NCBI GenBank assembly: GCA_964016885.1
Contig: OZ024742.1
Coordinates: 294,624,001 to 294,688,000, forward strand
Length of the DNA stretch: 64,000 nucleotides
Reading direction: 5' to 3'
DNA from: Eledone cirrhosa
Taxonomy: Eukaryota
Made by a program: the position numbers and the translations under genes. The notes beneath the pieces were generated by a model. That model was not told the origin of the DNA. It saw nothing but the letters and a program-made list of their open reading frames with translations, and searched no databases. Below, piece after piece: positions 50,890 through 63,382 of this stretch. Each line of letters opens with the position of its first letter. Within the stretch, counting starts at the first letter, position 1.

Positions 50890-51788
50890 GGGGAGATTGA
50901 TTCCATGAAATTATAGTTGAAGAATACTGGTGAAATGTTTGGAATAAATCTAGTAAAGTTATGAAAGTTAGTGAAAAAGTTTCAGCCAGTAGGTGGCGTC
51001 CAGTTATGGTCTTCTGGACAAATCAGGCTAAGCTATGGTGATGTTGTTGGTAATGGTGATGGTGATGGTGATGTTAAAATGACCAAAGCTTCATTACACT
51101 GAGGATTGGTTCTATGAACTAGTACTGAAAAATAATGGTGAAAAGTGTAGAATAAATCTGCTAGGCAAGACGAGTTAGTGAAGAAGTCAGTAATTAGATT
51201 CTAGTTTTAGTCTCTGTGTACACATCTAGCTAAGCAATGGTGATGTTGGTGTTAAAATGACAGGGATGGAGGGGCTGGTTAGATGGAGGAGATACACACG
51301 AGTTAAGACCTACCTTAGTTGTCATCCCTGAAGCGAAACTACCAGTAAAAAAATCCACAATATAGCGACGAAAATTTACTACTGCCAAGAGTGGCAGCCT
51401 TTCGCCAACGAAAGGCTGTATGAGGGAGCTCCTAGGTGGGATGTCGAAAGACTGAAGGCTGAGAGATGGCAACAAGAAAAGAGAGAGAGATAGAGAGATA
51501 TAGAGAGATATAGAGAGATTGAGAGAGGATGTAGAGATAGATGTGTGGGAGAGAGATAGAAAGGGGGAAAAGATATATAGATAGGAGCGAGAGGGGAGAA
51601 GGTGGAGGAAAAAAAAATAGGAATAACTGTGTAAAAATGTGAGAAGAAGAAGAGAAAAAGAGTCAGACCGACAGAGGGAGGGAGCTAGTGAGAGGGAGAG
51701 AGATAGGTATGAGGTAGAGAGTGGGGGGGGGGAGAGAAGCGAAATGTGAATATCTGTGTGGGAGAAAGAAAAGAAAGATATAAAGATT

Positions 51789-51819
<31 letters not shown>

Positions 51820-52158
51820 GAGATAGAGAGAGGGGGAGGGGGAGTGAGGGAGAGAGAAAGAGGTGTATATAATACTGGTTGTTGCATCTTGAAATAGGGG
51901 GAGACAGAAAGGTGTGGTAGAAATGGTGAGAAAGAGAGAAGGGGGGTAAGAAGAAGGGTGATTCTAATAGATACAGTGCTTCTACTGAGAAATACAGAGA
52001 TTCTTTGAGGAAGAATATATGGAGTGGGTGGGGCGTGAGGGAGGGGGAGCAGCAGATGAGACTAGCAGAATGAGATTTTTTTGAAACATACACACACACA
52101 TATATACATACATATATATATATACATACATATATACATACATATATATATATATGTG

Positions 52159-52433
52159 AAGGCACATGGCCTAGTGGTAAGGGTGTTGGACTTATGATCA
52201 TAATGTCGTGGGCTCGATTCCTGGGTTGCGTGCTGTGTTCTTGAGCAAAACACTTCATTTCATGTTGCTCCAGTATACACAGCTGAAAAGGAGTACCAGC
52301 AATAGCTGGGGGTTTAACCCTGCGATGGACTGGTGTCCTGTCCAGGGGGGAGTCTTGTACTCTCAGTCGCTTCACGCCATGAAACCGGGATAATCACCGG
52401 ACAAATGAGCCTTCTGGCTTAAGACAGACTTTA
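52159..52433 (+). mobile_element. tRNA-derived SINE, family S2 (3' part also at 36120-36216)
   Basis: A-box TGGCCTAGTGG, B-box GGCTCGATTCC, CORE-like TGTGTTCTTGAGCAAAACACTT, V-domain-like GATGGACTGGTGTCCTGTCCAGGG. Confidence 0.85.
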
Positions 52434-52548
52434 GATATATATATATATATATATACATACATACATATATATATATATACATACAAACATATATGCATAC
52501 ATACATATATATATACATACATACATACATATATACATACATACATAT

Positions 52549-52596
<48 letters not shown>

Positions 52597-52679
52597 GTTA
52601 TTCCGGGTTGAATCGGAGGTAACCACAGTAAGTAAGGTACTCAATACATTGCAGAGTATAAAAGTTTTAATATAGATGA

Positions 52680-52728
52680 GATTCTACAGGACTAGAACTG
52701 TTTCATTCTTTAGAAATCCTCAGGAATC
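52680..52728 (-). ncRNA. Complete type I hammerhead motif
   Basis: GATTC-CTGAGGA-T TTC TAAA GAA T-GAAA-CAG TTCTAGTC CTG-TA-GAATC. Confidence 0.85.
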
Positions 52729-52732
52729 TCAT

Positions 52733-52781
52733 GATTCCTGATGATTTCTAAAGAATGAAACAGTTCTAGTCCTGTAGAATC
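52733..52781 (+). ncRNA. Complete type I hammerhead motif
   Basis: GATTC-CTGATGA-T TTC TAAA GAA T-GAAA-CAG TTCTAGTC CTG-TA-GAATC; predicted cleavage after GUA at 52776. Confidence 0.85.
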
Positions 52782-52784
52782 TCA

Positions 52785-52832
<48 letters not shown>

Positions 52833-53964
52833 CACATATATACATACATACATATATACACACATACACACACATGTATATATATATAGTATATATCTTG
52901 CTGTGTTCTTTCAGTTTCTTCTGTAACTTTATCCTCTCTCCATTTTACCTTGTCTTGCCTTCTCACCCATATCATACTCACTTTCCATCCCAATTCATCT
53001 CATCCTCTCACTCTGCCATATCCTTCTTTTTCCCCTCTCTCATCTATCTTCATATCTCCCCTCTTTCCCTCTCTCTTCTCTATCCTCCTCCCCATCACCC
53101 CTTTCTCCCGCATTCTATCTACCCCCTCCCTCTCTTTCTAGTCTATCTTCACATCTCCCCTCACCCTTCCTCCACTCCAGTTTATCTATTCACTTCTCTC
53201 TCCTCCTCCTCTCATGCCTGATTTTATATCTCTCCCATTTTTCTCCCCCCCCCCTCTCTTTCTCTTCTTTCTCGACCTCTTTCTCATCTATGTTAATATT
53301 CTCTTCCCCTTCTGCTCTTTCTTAACTCTCATCATTCCATATAAAATATTTATAAATCTAAGTTTTTTTCCCATCTTATGAAAAACTTTCCATGAAGTAT
53401 AAATTCTGTAGTTGTATATTCCCAGACTGGAAATCTCCAACATTGTTGATAATTAATGACGGGTGAGAGTAAAATGTCTGCTGATAATTGGTACCAGGTG
53501 AGACTTATTAGTGTCAGGTAAAAATATGAAAGGAACCAATTGTCGAATGAGACCAAAGAAACAATGTTTCCTTTGGGCCTTCCATTGTTGATACTAACTG
53601 CTGGTTGTAAAATTCTGGTAGAAAGGGGTGATACATGAATTAAGAATGCACAAAGCCAGATTAGATACTGCCAAGCATCTTGTCTGACTTTTTAACAATT
53701 CCACCAATCCACCACCTCCAAATACTTACTTTATTGACCCCCAAAAGAATAAAAGGTAAAGTTAGCCTCAGTGGAATTTGAACTGTGAGTACAGGAACCG
53801 CCTTCAAGGAATTTAGTTGATCGAGTACTTATTTTTTAAAGTCTGGAACTTAGTTTATCAAGCTCTTTTGTTGAACTGTTAGGTTATGGGACACAAACAA
53901 ATAGTAAATGTAAACTTAGACCTGATCACACCGATATACATACATACATATATATATATATATA

Positions 53965-54500
53965 TCATCATCATCATCATCGTTTAACGTCCATCTTCCA
54001 CGCTTGCATGGGTTTGGACGGGAGTTTTCCCACTTGAGGCAAGATTGGTTGTCTTGCTCGTATAGGACTGTCTGGCAGGTTTTCTACGGCTGGATGCCCT
54101 TCCTAACACCAACCACGTTTACAGTGTGGACTGGGAGGTTTTTACCGTGTTACCTACACGGTCAGATTACAGCGTGGACTGTGTGTTTTTTTTTTCCGTG
54201 ACACCTACACGACCTCATTTATTTCGGACTGAATGTTGTGGTACCAACATAACTTTACATCGATGGGGTGGGGGTGGTGGGACGGGGGTGTATTTTTGTT
54301 AGAGGTGCCTACTGACTGTAGGTTTCGCTTTGTACTTAGGCAAGGCGGGTCTTCTGTATTACTGTGTAGCGCCAAAGATCTCGGTCCAGTGACAGTGTCT
54401 TGGAGAGGTGTAAGTGTGTGAGGTCGGAATTTATCAAGTCGTCCCAGGTTTTTCTGGGTCTGCCTACACCGTGGCTACCGTCTATTTTTATTGCCCTGCA
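53965..54500 (-). mobile_element. RTE LINE 3' end
   Basis: CRAIKIDGSHGVGRPRKTWDDLINSDL; 3' UTR; (CAT)n at 53965. Confidence 0.92.
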
Positions 54501-54527
54501 CATATATATATATATATGTTGCAGATC

Positions 54528-54579
<52 letters not shown>

Positions 54580-54693
54580 GATAAATCTACCAAAAGTTTA
54601 CGGTAGTGTCCAATCCGTATATATATATATATCATATATATATATCATATATATATATCATAAATATATATCATAAATATATATCATATATAT

Positions 54694-54744
<51 letters not shown>

Positions 54745-55073
54745 CAGATCATAGGGTTAGGGGCAAATTTGCTATTATTTGTAAATGGTTGTTAAGACTA
54801 TCGTCTTGTCCTTTGCCCATTTGTTACTGTCACTTGTGCACCAGAGCCAGTTGTATTGACCTTAAAGCATTGAAACAATGTATCTGAAACAGTCAACTGA
54901 TGAGATGGGACAACTGTCTGTATTCTTGACGACATTGGTTTGAGAATCACCATGCAGGAGTTTTAATGAAAAAACAATTTAACCTAATAACAAATGTTTT
55001 GATAATCCAAAATGGAGAAAGTAGGGTTTATTAACATCAATTTTTAACACCAATTTTTGTATGTTATAAAACC

Positions 55074-55116
<43 letters not shown>

Positions 55117-55725
55117 AGGGGTAGATAGAGAGAGAGAGATAGTGTGTGTGTGTGTGAGAGAGAGAGATAATTGACTCCAGTACTGGACTAGTACTGTACT
55201 TTATCGCCACCTCAAAAACAAAAATGACCTTGGTGCAATTTGAACACAGAATGCCAAGAACTGTAACAAATTTCACAATGCATCCTCTCGGCCAGCTTGC
55301 TGGTTATTTTACAACTTGAAGTAGTTGTTGATATATCTGACAACTGTGTAGATTTAGGTGGCCTCATATGAGATGCAATCATAGGAGGTTCCTTGTGTTT
55401 TAATAATAGGGATCCCAGTAATATCATGTCATAATATTTTCTCAGGTGACAAAAGGCAGGATTTGAACTCAGAACACAAAGAACCAGAGCAAGATATTTC
55501 AAAGCTTCTTGTCTGATAATTTAGCAATTCTGCCAGTTCACCAGCCTGAAATAATGAAAGGCATAAGTTGATTTTGGTGGGATTTGAACTCAGAGCACAG
55601 TAGAAATGGAAGATATATTGCTTTAATCTGTTGACTGCCGCATATATTTTACGCAGCTACAGTTACTGTGTCAAATGACTATTTTGATTGAAAAATGTCA
55701 CATCAATAAACCCGTAACCCTATCT

Positions 55726-55870
55726 AACTTTGAAGTTATAAACTGTTGGAAATGAGTTCATAACTTTGAAATTATGAATTGTTGGAAACGAGTTCATTAC
55801 TTTGAACTTATAAACTATCTGAAACTAGTTCATAACTTTGAAGTTATGAACTGTTGGAAATGAGCTCAAA
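55726..55870. repeat. 36-bp tandem repeat x4
   Basis: AACTTTGAAGTTATAAACTGTTGGAAATGAGTTCAT. Confidence 0.85.
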
Positions 55871-55984
55871 CATGTTAGGACAAATTTTCTTCTCTGTGGT
55901 ACTGGAATGCATCCATGTTAGGATGATTTATCTCGTCTATGGCATGGAAAAAGTTAATGACTCTACTAATTTGCTGATTCAAAA

Positions 55985-56335
55985 TTTAAGAGATCACAGC
56001 TCTGGTACTATGGGCATGTGGTTAGAATGACTCAGGAAAGATTTTATGGGCAAAACCAACTGGCAGGAGACCCAGGGCTAGACTCCTAGCAAGATGGTTG
56101 GATAACAGCCATGAGTTTGGCTGGTCTTGCTTGGGGATCCAGCCAGATCAATTGGTGATGGTTGCTTCTGACAGGGCCTGCTTGAAGGAATGTTTGAGGA
56201 CTTTGTGCCAAGACCCTCTCAGGAATAAGTGGGAGAAGAAGAAGAAGAAGAAGAAGAAGAAGAAGAAGAAGAAGAAGAAGAAGAAGAAGAAGAAGAAGAA
56301 GAAGAAGAAGAAGAAGAAGAAGAAGAAGAAGAAGG
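55985..56335 (+). mobile_element. LINE 3' fragment with (GAA)n tail (same family as 17490; another copy at about 61145-61515)
   Basis: AAACCAACTGGCAGGAGACCCAGGG..CAAGATGGTTGGATAA..CTCTCAGGAATAAGTGGG(AGA)n. Confidence 0.85.
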
Positions 56336-56457
56336 AAATATAAATAGAGAAAGAGAGAGAAAGAGAGTTAAAGATTCAAAGTGAAAGAGAGAGAGAGAGA
56401 GAGAGAGAGATGATAGTTATTTTAGTGGTTGCTTGTTAAATACTCCACCTGTGTTCT

Positions 56458-56548
56458 TCAAAGGTAACACTCCTTATATCCTTACATTCAAAGGTAACAC
56501 TCCTTATATCCTTACATTCAAAGGTAACACTCCTTATATCCTTACATT
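56458..56548. repeat. Perfect 30-bp tandem repeat x3
   Basis: TCAAAGGTAACACTCCTTATATCCTTACAT. Confidence 0.95.
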
Positions 56549-57881
56549 AACTGTGAGTCAACACTATTGCCCCACCTTGGTTGATGGCCATGAGTTTTAA
56601 CACCTGGATCTTGATTGCCTTTAGCAGAGTACATTTTAGTCCAATGATAATATCCTTTCTATCCCAGTCTCAGATGCCCTAAAAGAGGGTCAGATGTGCC
56701 TTTAGCAAAGAACTCTCTGGTGTGATGGTAACTTCCTCCATATTTACCACTTGCCTTAGAGGTCCTGAGCAGGGCTGTGGACACCACCCTTCCTTCTCTG
56801 ACTAAGCAATGTAGGAAACTGACTAAGCAATGTAGGAAAGAGATTATTTATTTCATACCAGCCAATCAAACAATGTAAAATATATATTTAAATAGCTTCC
56901 TGGGGTAGAAAATACCTCATCAGACCTGACAAGAGGGGATCTAGTGGCCAGTTGGCACAGACATATGATTTTGAGGGGGCCTACTCCTCTTAAGTCCTTC
57001 TTATGTTCTGTTTAGTTACATGTAAGTATATCCTGTACAATACACGTATATGTATACACATTTAACAAACACATACATACTTAATAAACAGTTTTAAATG
57101 GGGCCTATATTTTGCATCTAAACTTGACCCTTGGGAGCCAACCTTTTTATGCCTGGCCTGGGTCAATTACCAGCCTTTGTGGTGGTAGGGAGCTACATTT
57201 TATAGCAGGGTTTAGCCTATTTGAATGAACCTGTTTCCCACATATTAAATCTTTATGTCAAGTATTGCATGAATCTATATTAGGAAGACATGTTTAAAAA
57301 GTACAAAACAGCATTATGATTGTATCATCATCATCATTTAATGTCCATTTTTTCCCTGTTAAATGATGATGATGATACAATCATGATGTATCATATTAAA
57401 TATTAAAGTCATTACTCTAATACCACAAATTTCCACAAAATCAGTCCTAACAAAGTTACTTTTAGATATTGTCTGCTAAATCAGCACAGAAAGTTATGAG
57501 TCAATTAGCATCATTGTATACGCAACAATTAGAAAACAAATCACTTCATTACACATTATAAACATTTGAATTAACAAACCTTTTTTTAGATATTTTCTAC
57601 TAAATCATTACAGGATGTTATGAGTTAAATATATCCTAATCTTTTACCTATATAGATAATCCTCTATTTTAACAACTTCCTCTGCTGGCCAAACAAAGAG
57701 CTATTCTAACAACACAGCTTCACACCTACCTGTTCATCCTCTCTCTCTCTCCAAACCTCATTTACTGCTCTCAGCCCACAGAAGAACAAAAAAGAAAGCT
57801 GCCTGTAACTAAATCAATGAAGCTTTATACATCAGGGATGATATGACTCTTGTTGATATTGGTTGGCCTTTTACTTTGAAT

Positions 57882-58260
57882 AACAGTTTCTACATTTGGC
57901 ATAAGCAAGTAATTTGTAGGGAAATGGGAAGTCAACTAAATTAACCCCAGTGTGTTACTGGTGCTTTACTTTATCAACCTTATAGGGATGAAAGGCAAAG
58001 CTAACCTCGATGGAATTTGGACTCAGAACATAAAGGGCCATAACTATATGCCACAAAGCATGTTGTCCAATGCTTCACTGATACTCCCAATCCACTGCTC
58101 TTAGGCACAAGTCCAGCAAGTTTTGGGGAGGGGAAAGTCAATTAAATTGACTCCAACACATTACTGGTTCTTTATTTTATCGATCCTGTAAGGATAAAAG
58201 GTAAAGCTGACCTCTGCATGATTTGAACTTAAGAATGAAAAAGGCTGCAACTATATGCCA
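57882..58260 (-). mobile_element. Two tandem older S1-group SINEs
   Basis: Two GGGAAGTCAA..TTACTGG..AAAGG(C/T)AAAGCT..ATTTG(G/A)ACT..AACTATATGCCA blocks. Confidence 0.75.
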
Positions 58261-58424
58261 TAAAGAAGAAGAAGAAGAAGAAGGAGGAGAAGGAGGAGAA
58301 GAAGAAGAAGAAGAAGAAGAAGAAGAAGAAGAAGAAGAAGAAGAAGAAGAAGAAGAAGAAGAAGAAGAAGAAGAAGAAGAAGAAGAAGAAGAAGAAGAAG
58401 AAGAAGAAGAAGAAGAAGAAGAAG

Positions 58425-58455
<31 letters not shown>

Positions 58456-59796
58456 GGTGGTGAGGAAAGAGGAGTAAGGTGAAAATGGAAGATATATCAC
58501 TCCCAAACTATATTGGGAATATAAAAATCTGTTGTTTTCTTGTTGAAGCAAAGATGCTGTTTCACTAGATACTGTATGTATTGTTTAACAACAATGAACT
58601 TCACATACAGGAGGGAGATATATATCTTTAAATGGTGCATGGCTTAGTGTTTAGTATACTTGGCTTGTGATCATAAGGTTTTGAGTTTGATTCCTGGAGG
58701 AACATTGAGCCATGGAACAAGAAACTTTTTCCAAAACTATTTCCCATTGCTCCAGTTCAGTCAATTGGCAAAAATGAGTTGTACCTGTAATTCAAATGGC
58801 CGGCCTTTTACATACTGTGTCTTACTGAATCTCCCTGAGAACTATGTTAAGGGTACACGTGTCTGGAATGTTCAGCCATTTACACATTAATTTCATGAGT
58901 AAGCTGTTCCATTGATTGCATCAACTGGAACACTCATTGTGATCGATGGAGGTTCAATAAACATTAAACACAGATAATTCTTCTAATAAATATCTCTTGT
59001 CATCCATTTAAGAAAAAAACAAAAGCTATGGGTAGCAACTTGACCTTTGGTCTCAAACATGGGATATGTTATAGTATCTTGCATCATATATGTATTTTAC
59101 ATACATGATACTGGATACAACCACAGGTATTTTAAAGTCCCTTGTATCAGATTCAAAAGATTGTTAGACCAAATGCCATGTACAGTTTAATCACAGTCAA
59201 CTACAACTTTTTTACTTTTCTTTTAAGGTAAAACTTCATTCTCCCTTATATACACATATATACATCAGGTCCGAACACAAAAGGACCAAACTCCCATTGT
59301 CACTGCCCCCATCTCTCCCACTCTCCCCATTCCAGCTCTATAGCATGAATAAGCCATTTGAGCCTTTTGGCAGACTTCACTCTCATCACGGAGGTTCTTT
59401 TTCAGGTAATCTTTTACAGCTAGATGCTCTTCCTAGTCTCAACGTTTTTAGTTGTCTCTTACAACATGCCAGAATACGATATATCTATTCTAAACTGGAT
59501 AGACACAGGATATTATGTAAGAGTATATGCTGTTTATATCAGTGGGTGATGATTATAAAGAGTATGTAGAGTGTGGGTTGTGTTATCTTCTGGGATGGTA
59601 AATGTGAGTTGGTGGTGTTATATTATTAGGTGCTGATTATGTAAGAGAATGTGTTGTTTATATTATTAGGTGGTGATTGAGTTCCATATGTATTGTGTGG
59701 GTTGTGTTGTATTAATGAAGAGTGATTGAGTTTCATGTATATTGTGTTGGATGTCTTAATAGTATCAGGTGGTGATTGTGTAGTAATTGTACAGAG

Positions 59797-60249
59797 TACT
59801 CTTGGGTCCCAAATAATAGGGGGGGGGGGGGGGATAAACGGAGGAATTGGAATAAGCATGGAGTGGTAGTGGTGGTGGAATAAGAGGGGGTGGGCCGTGT
59901 GGCGTTGAGAGGGTGGGGAATCGGTAGTTTTTCTAGGTTGTCTCCGTTGGTTTTTTTTAAAACCAGAATTAGTCGTTTAGTTTACATATTGAGACTCCAA
60001 CCCATCCTATTTATTTTATAATGTATGAGATTTCTACTAATGTACTTTTTTGTCTTGTATAATGTTTATTAATGTCTAAAGAAAATTAATTGTCACAGGA
60101 ATGGTACCACATAAAATAAAATATTGTTGGAAATAGATTAGCAAAGTTCAATAAGCAGGGATATGGGTGAAATAAGAGTGGGAGTGTTGGAAAAAATCTG
60201 AAAAATTAATAAGCAGGGGGTGGGGACGATTATTCGAGATCCAAGAGTA
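59797..60249. mobile_element. MITE with TIRs of about 21 bp (partial relatives at about 11690-11818, 16915-17050 and 44883-45200)
   Basis: TACTCTTGGGTCCCAAATAAT ... ATTATTCGAGATCCAAGAGTA; terminal TA is compatible with a Tc1/mariner/pogo-type TSD. Confidence 0.8.
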
Positions 60250-60479
60250 TGTATTGTAATATGTATTATAGTGTGAAGTGGTGATTGTGTAGTGTATGTG
60301 TTGAGTGAATTGTATTATGTTGTTTGGTGGTGATCGTATATTATATGTTTTGTGGGTTGGGTTATATTTCAGCTCACTGGTTGCAAAGAAAAAAGTGGCA
60401 TCAACGGCAGAAGTCAACTGCATTTGGATTCCTTTGATGGTGTGTCTGGAAGAAGCCTCATATCCCACTAAGGACCAAA

Positions 60480-60960
60480 ATTCGTCTTTTCCATATGTTA
60501 GTCCTACCTGTCCTCCTCTACAGTGCTGAAACCTGTACCATCCTCAAACAAGACCTGAACAAGCTCGAGGTGTTCCAAATGCAATGACTTCATCAGATTC
60601 TTGGTGTCTCTCTATGCGACTGAATCTCAAACAACATCTGAGACCAATGCCAGCCACAGCTGCCCATTGAAGACCAAATCTGGCAACACAGGTTACAATG
60701 GTTTGGCCATATCTGCAGGATGAGCACCGGAAGACTACCAGACAAATTTTTGTCATGACAGCGACCCATGCACTGAGGAAGACATGGGCGAAACAAATCG
60801 AGGAGGACGTGAAATTGCAGCATCTCGACCCCGACGATGTTAAGGTCAATGCCATTGATGGAAAAGCATGGAAGAACATCATCATCAAAGCCCATCATCC
60901 AACAGCACTCGCAGCAGCATATTGGTTGCGAGGACAGCCTCTCCTAATCATCAGCTAGGG
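60480..60960 (+). mobile_element. Decayed RTE-type LINE 3' fragment
   Basis: LNKLEVFQM..ILGVS; RLQWFGHICRM; RKTWAKQIEEDV..AWKNII. Confidence 0.7.
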
Positions 60961-61717
60961 ATCAAAGAAGAAGTGTTGTGTGTTTTAATATCAGCTGGTG
61001 ATAGTGCAGAGTTTGTTTTGTGTGGATTGTATTATGTATTATTGAGTGGTTAAAACTCAAACTTGTTAGCTTCAATTTTGATTTATACTAACCCTTACAT
61101 ATGGTCATAAATCTAGATAATGATATAAAGAATATGATTGTGAATATGAGCAGCCAAAATGGGGTTCCTCTGAAGGGTCTTTGGAGTAATGTTACTCCAT
61201 AGGATGCAAACCTTGGAGATCAGGGAATTATTCCATGTAGAGCTGCTACTTCTCTACATCAAGAGATTACAGCTCTAGTACTATGGACATGTGGTTAGAA
61301 AGTCTAAAGAAAGAAATGCTGGACAGATTTTATGGGCAAAGCTAACCAGCTGGAATCCCAGCAGTAAACCATGAGCAAGATGGTTTGATAACATCGATAA
61401 GCTTGATTGGTCTTGCTAGATCTTTTGGGGATGATTGAACTCTGTAGAATGTGTGTCTGATGACTCTGCTCTGACGACACTCTCCGGAATAAGTGGGTGA
61501 AGCAGAAACAGAAGATGATGAAAGTCACATAACAAAAATCTCAAGCACTTGATTCATTTTTTTGCTGATATTTAAATACTTCACTGACACTCACACGCAT
61601 ACACAAACATAAATACACACAAAAACAGACAGACAAACACACAACACTCAGACTCATAGACAAACACAGATATATATACAGAGACACTGACACACATGCT
61701 CCCACACACACACACAT

Positions 61718-61755
<38 letters not shown>

Positions 61756-62040
61756 TGACACATGTGCTCCCACACAGGCACTCACACAAAGCCATGCAAT
61801 GCTACTTGTGAGTTTCCACATGTATACGCTTCATATACGTTTCGTCAGATAGCATCTGTTGAATATGACAGGAAAACTAACAACAGATGTTTATATAAAA
61901 CGATATTATTAATATAGAAAAACTATTAACTTACCTGGACCTAAAGTAATAAGTGTGGGAAATATCACATGATTCACTCCTCTTAAAAAGAAAAAAATCC
62001 CCCCAAAATTTATGGAATTAAGGAGGATGGGCTGATATAT

Positions 62041-62128
62041 ATATTTTTCATTCAACCATTTTTTGTTTTCATTTCAAGCTGCCCGGTAACTTGAAACGAA
62101 AACAAAAAATGGTTGAATAAAAAAATAT
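62041..62128. repeat. 88-bp palindrome next to a short TA run
   Basis: ATATTTTT..ATTCAACCATTTTTTGTTTTC.TTTCAAG / CTTGAAACGAAAACAAAAAATGGTTGAAT..AAAAATAT. Confidence 0.9.
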
Positions 62129-62719
62129 TGTGAGTTATTTAGTATGGTACTATATCAGTCCAGTCTTCTGCAGTATTTGGCAGAGCTAATAATAATTTAT
62201 TAGATTACTGATCACATGATAAATATACCCAGTACACTCTGTAAAGTGTTGGTGCTAGTGCCATGATAAAATGCATTCAATACACTTCAGGAATTTGCAT
62301 TACAACCACCTAGTTTCAAGTTCAATCCACCTGCATGTCAGTTTAGGCAGGAGTCTTCTTCTATATTCTTATGATGACCAATGCCTTATAAATAGAATTT
62401 GGTAGGCAAAAACTATTGAAAAGCCACATATATGTGTGAGTGTATATATATATACAACTAGCTTCCCAACAGATTTTTGCCTCCAAGATTTTACTTATAA
62501 GACATTGGTCATCATAAGAAAAAGACAACTGCTGTGTATATGTTTACTTTTTTATGTCCCATAACTTAACAGTCTGACAAAATGAGATGGATAAAATAAG
62601 TACCAAACTTTAAAAAAATAAGTATTGAGGTTGATATGATTGACTAAATCACTTCAACATAATGTTTATATACTCAACACTGAAAATCCAACAAAGGAGC
62701 CTCTATATAGTCTCTTAAA

Positions 62720-63060
62720 CCAAAGGTTCTCAACGGGGCGCATATGCACCGGGGGGGGGGGGGCGTTTCGGAACTCCAGGGGGCGTTTGGGAGCAAGGTC
62801 GTGTTAGGGGAGGCATTTGGAGCTTGAAGGGTGGGGGTGGGGGTGGGGCTAGGGTGGGGGGTCATTGGAAGGCACTTTACTTTGGTAAGTTTTATAAGCC
62901 ATATTTGTATGTCTTTGAGACAGCCAGTGTGAATGCATTTGAATGAGCTTGCAGACAGCATAACTATAGTCTGACCACAGCTGTGAGCATGTGTGCAGGC
63001 GTGTCCGGTAAAAATGGAAAAACCCACAGTCAACTGTGTCAAGGACACTTTGAGCGCAGC
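62720..63060 (+). mobile_element. Probable left end of a hAT element
   Basis: TTAAAC|CAAAGGTTCTCAAC resembles a Charlie-type TIR; GC-rich subterminal region upstream of the transposase remnant. Confidence 0.5.
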
Positions 63061-63226
63061 AAGTTAGAATCTTATCTTTCCTTCACCGATAACAATGTAT
63101 TTCATGTCTGAAATTATTGATTCAACAGTAACGAGTTAACACTATGTAGATCTATTTTATTCCCTACTGTATAAATAATATTACAAATAAAAAAAAGAAA
63201 AGAAAAAAATAGAAAAAAACATAATC

Positions 63227-63382
63227 AGATAATACACACATCTAGGGCCACATACAACACACAAGCAGGTAATACATACAGCTGGGACCACATGCAATAC
63301 ATAAGCAGGTAATACATACATCAGGACTACATACAACACACAGGCAGGTAATACATACATCTGGGACTACATACAACACACA
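63227..63382. repeat. 40-bp tandem repeat x4
   Basis: AGGTAATACATACATCTGGGACTACATACAACACACAGGC. Confidence 0.9.

Larger units (their letters stand above)
52596..52791. mobile_element. Fold-back mini-element family B (74-nt tail plus 122-bp palindrome), in (TA)n
   Basis: Arms 52670-52728 and 52733-52791, loop TCAT, one mismatch. Confidence 0.93.

Noticed and set aside
51230-52375. 381-aa minus-strand ORF
   Set aside because: Runs through an antisense SINE, TA/CA repeats and a CT-rich tract; no domain.
54893-54932. GTCAA-CTGATGA...TTGAC as a hammerhead
   Set aside because: No GAAA box and no consistent stems II and III.
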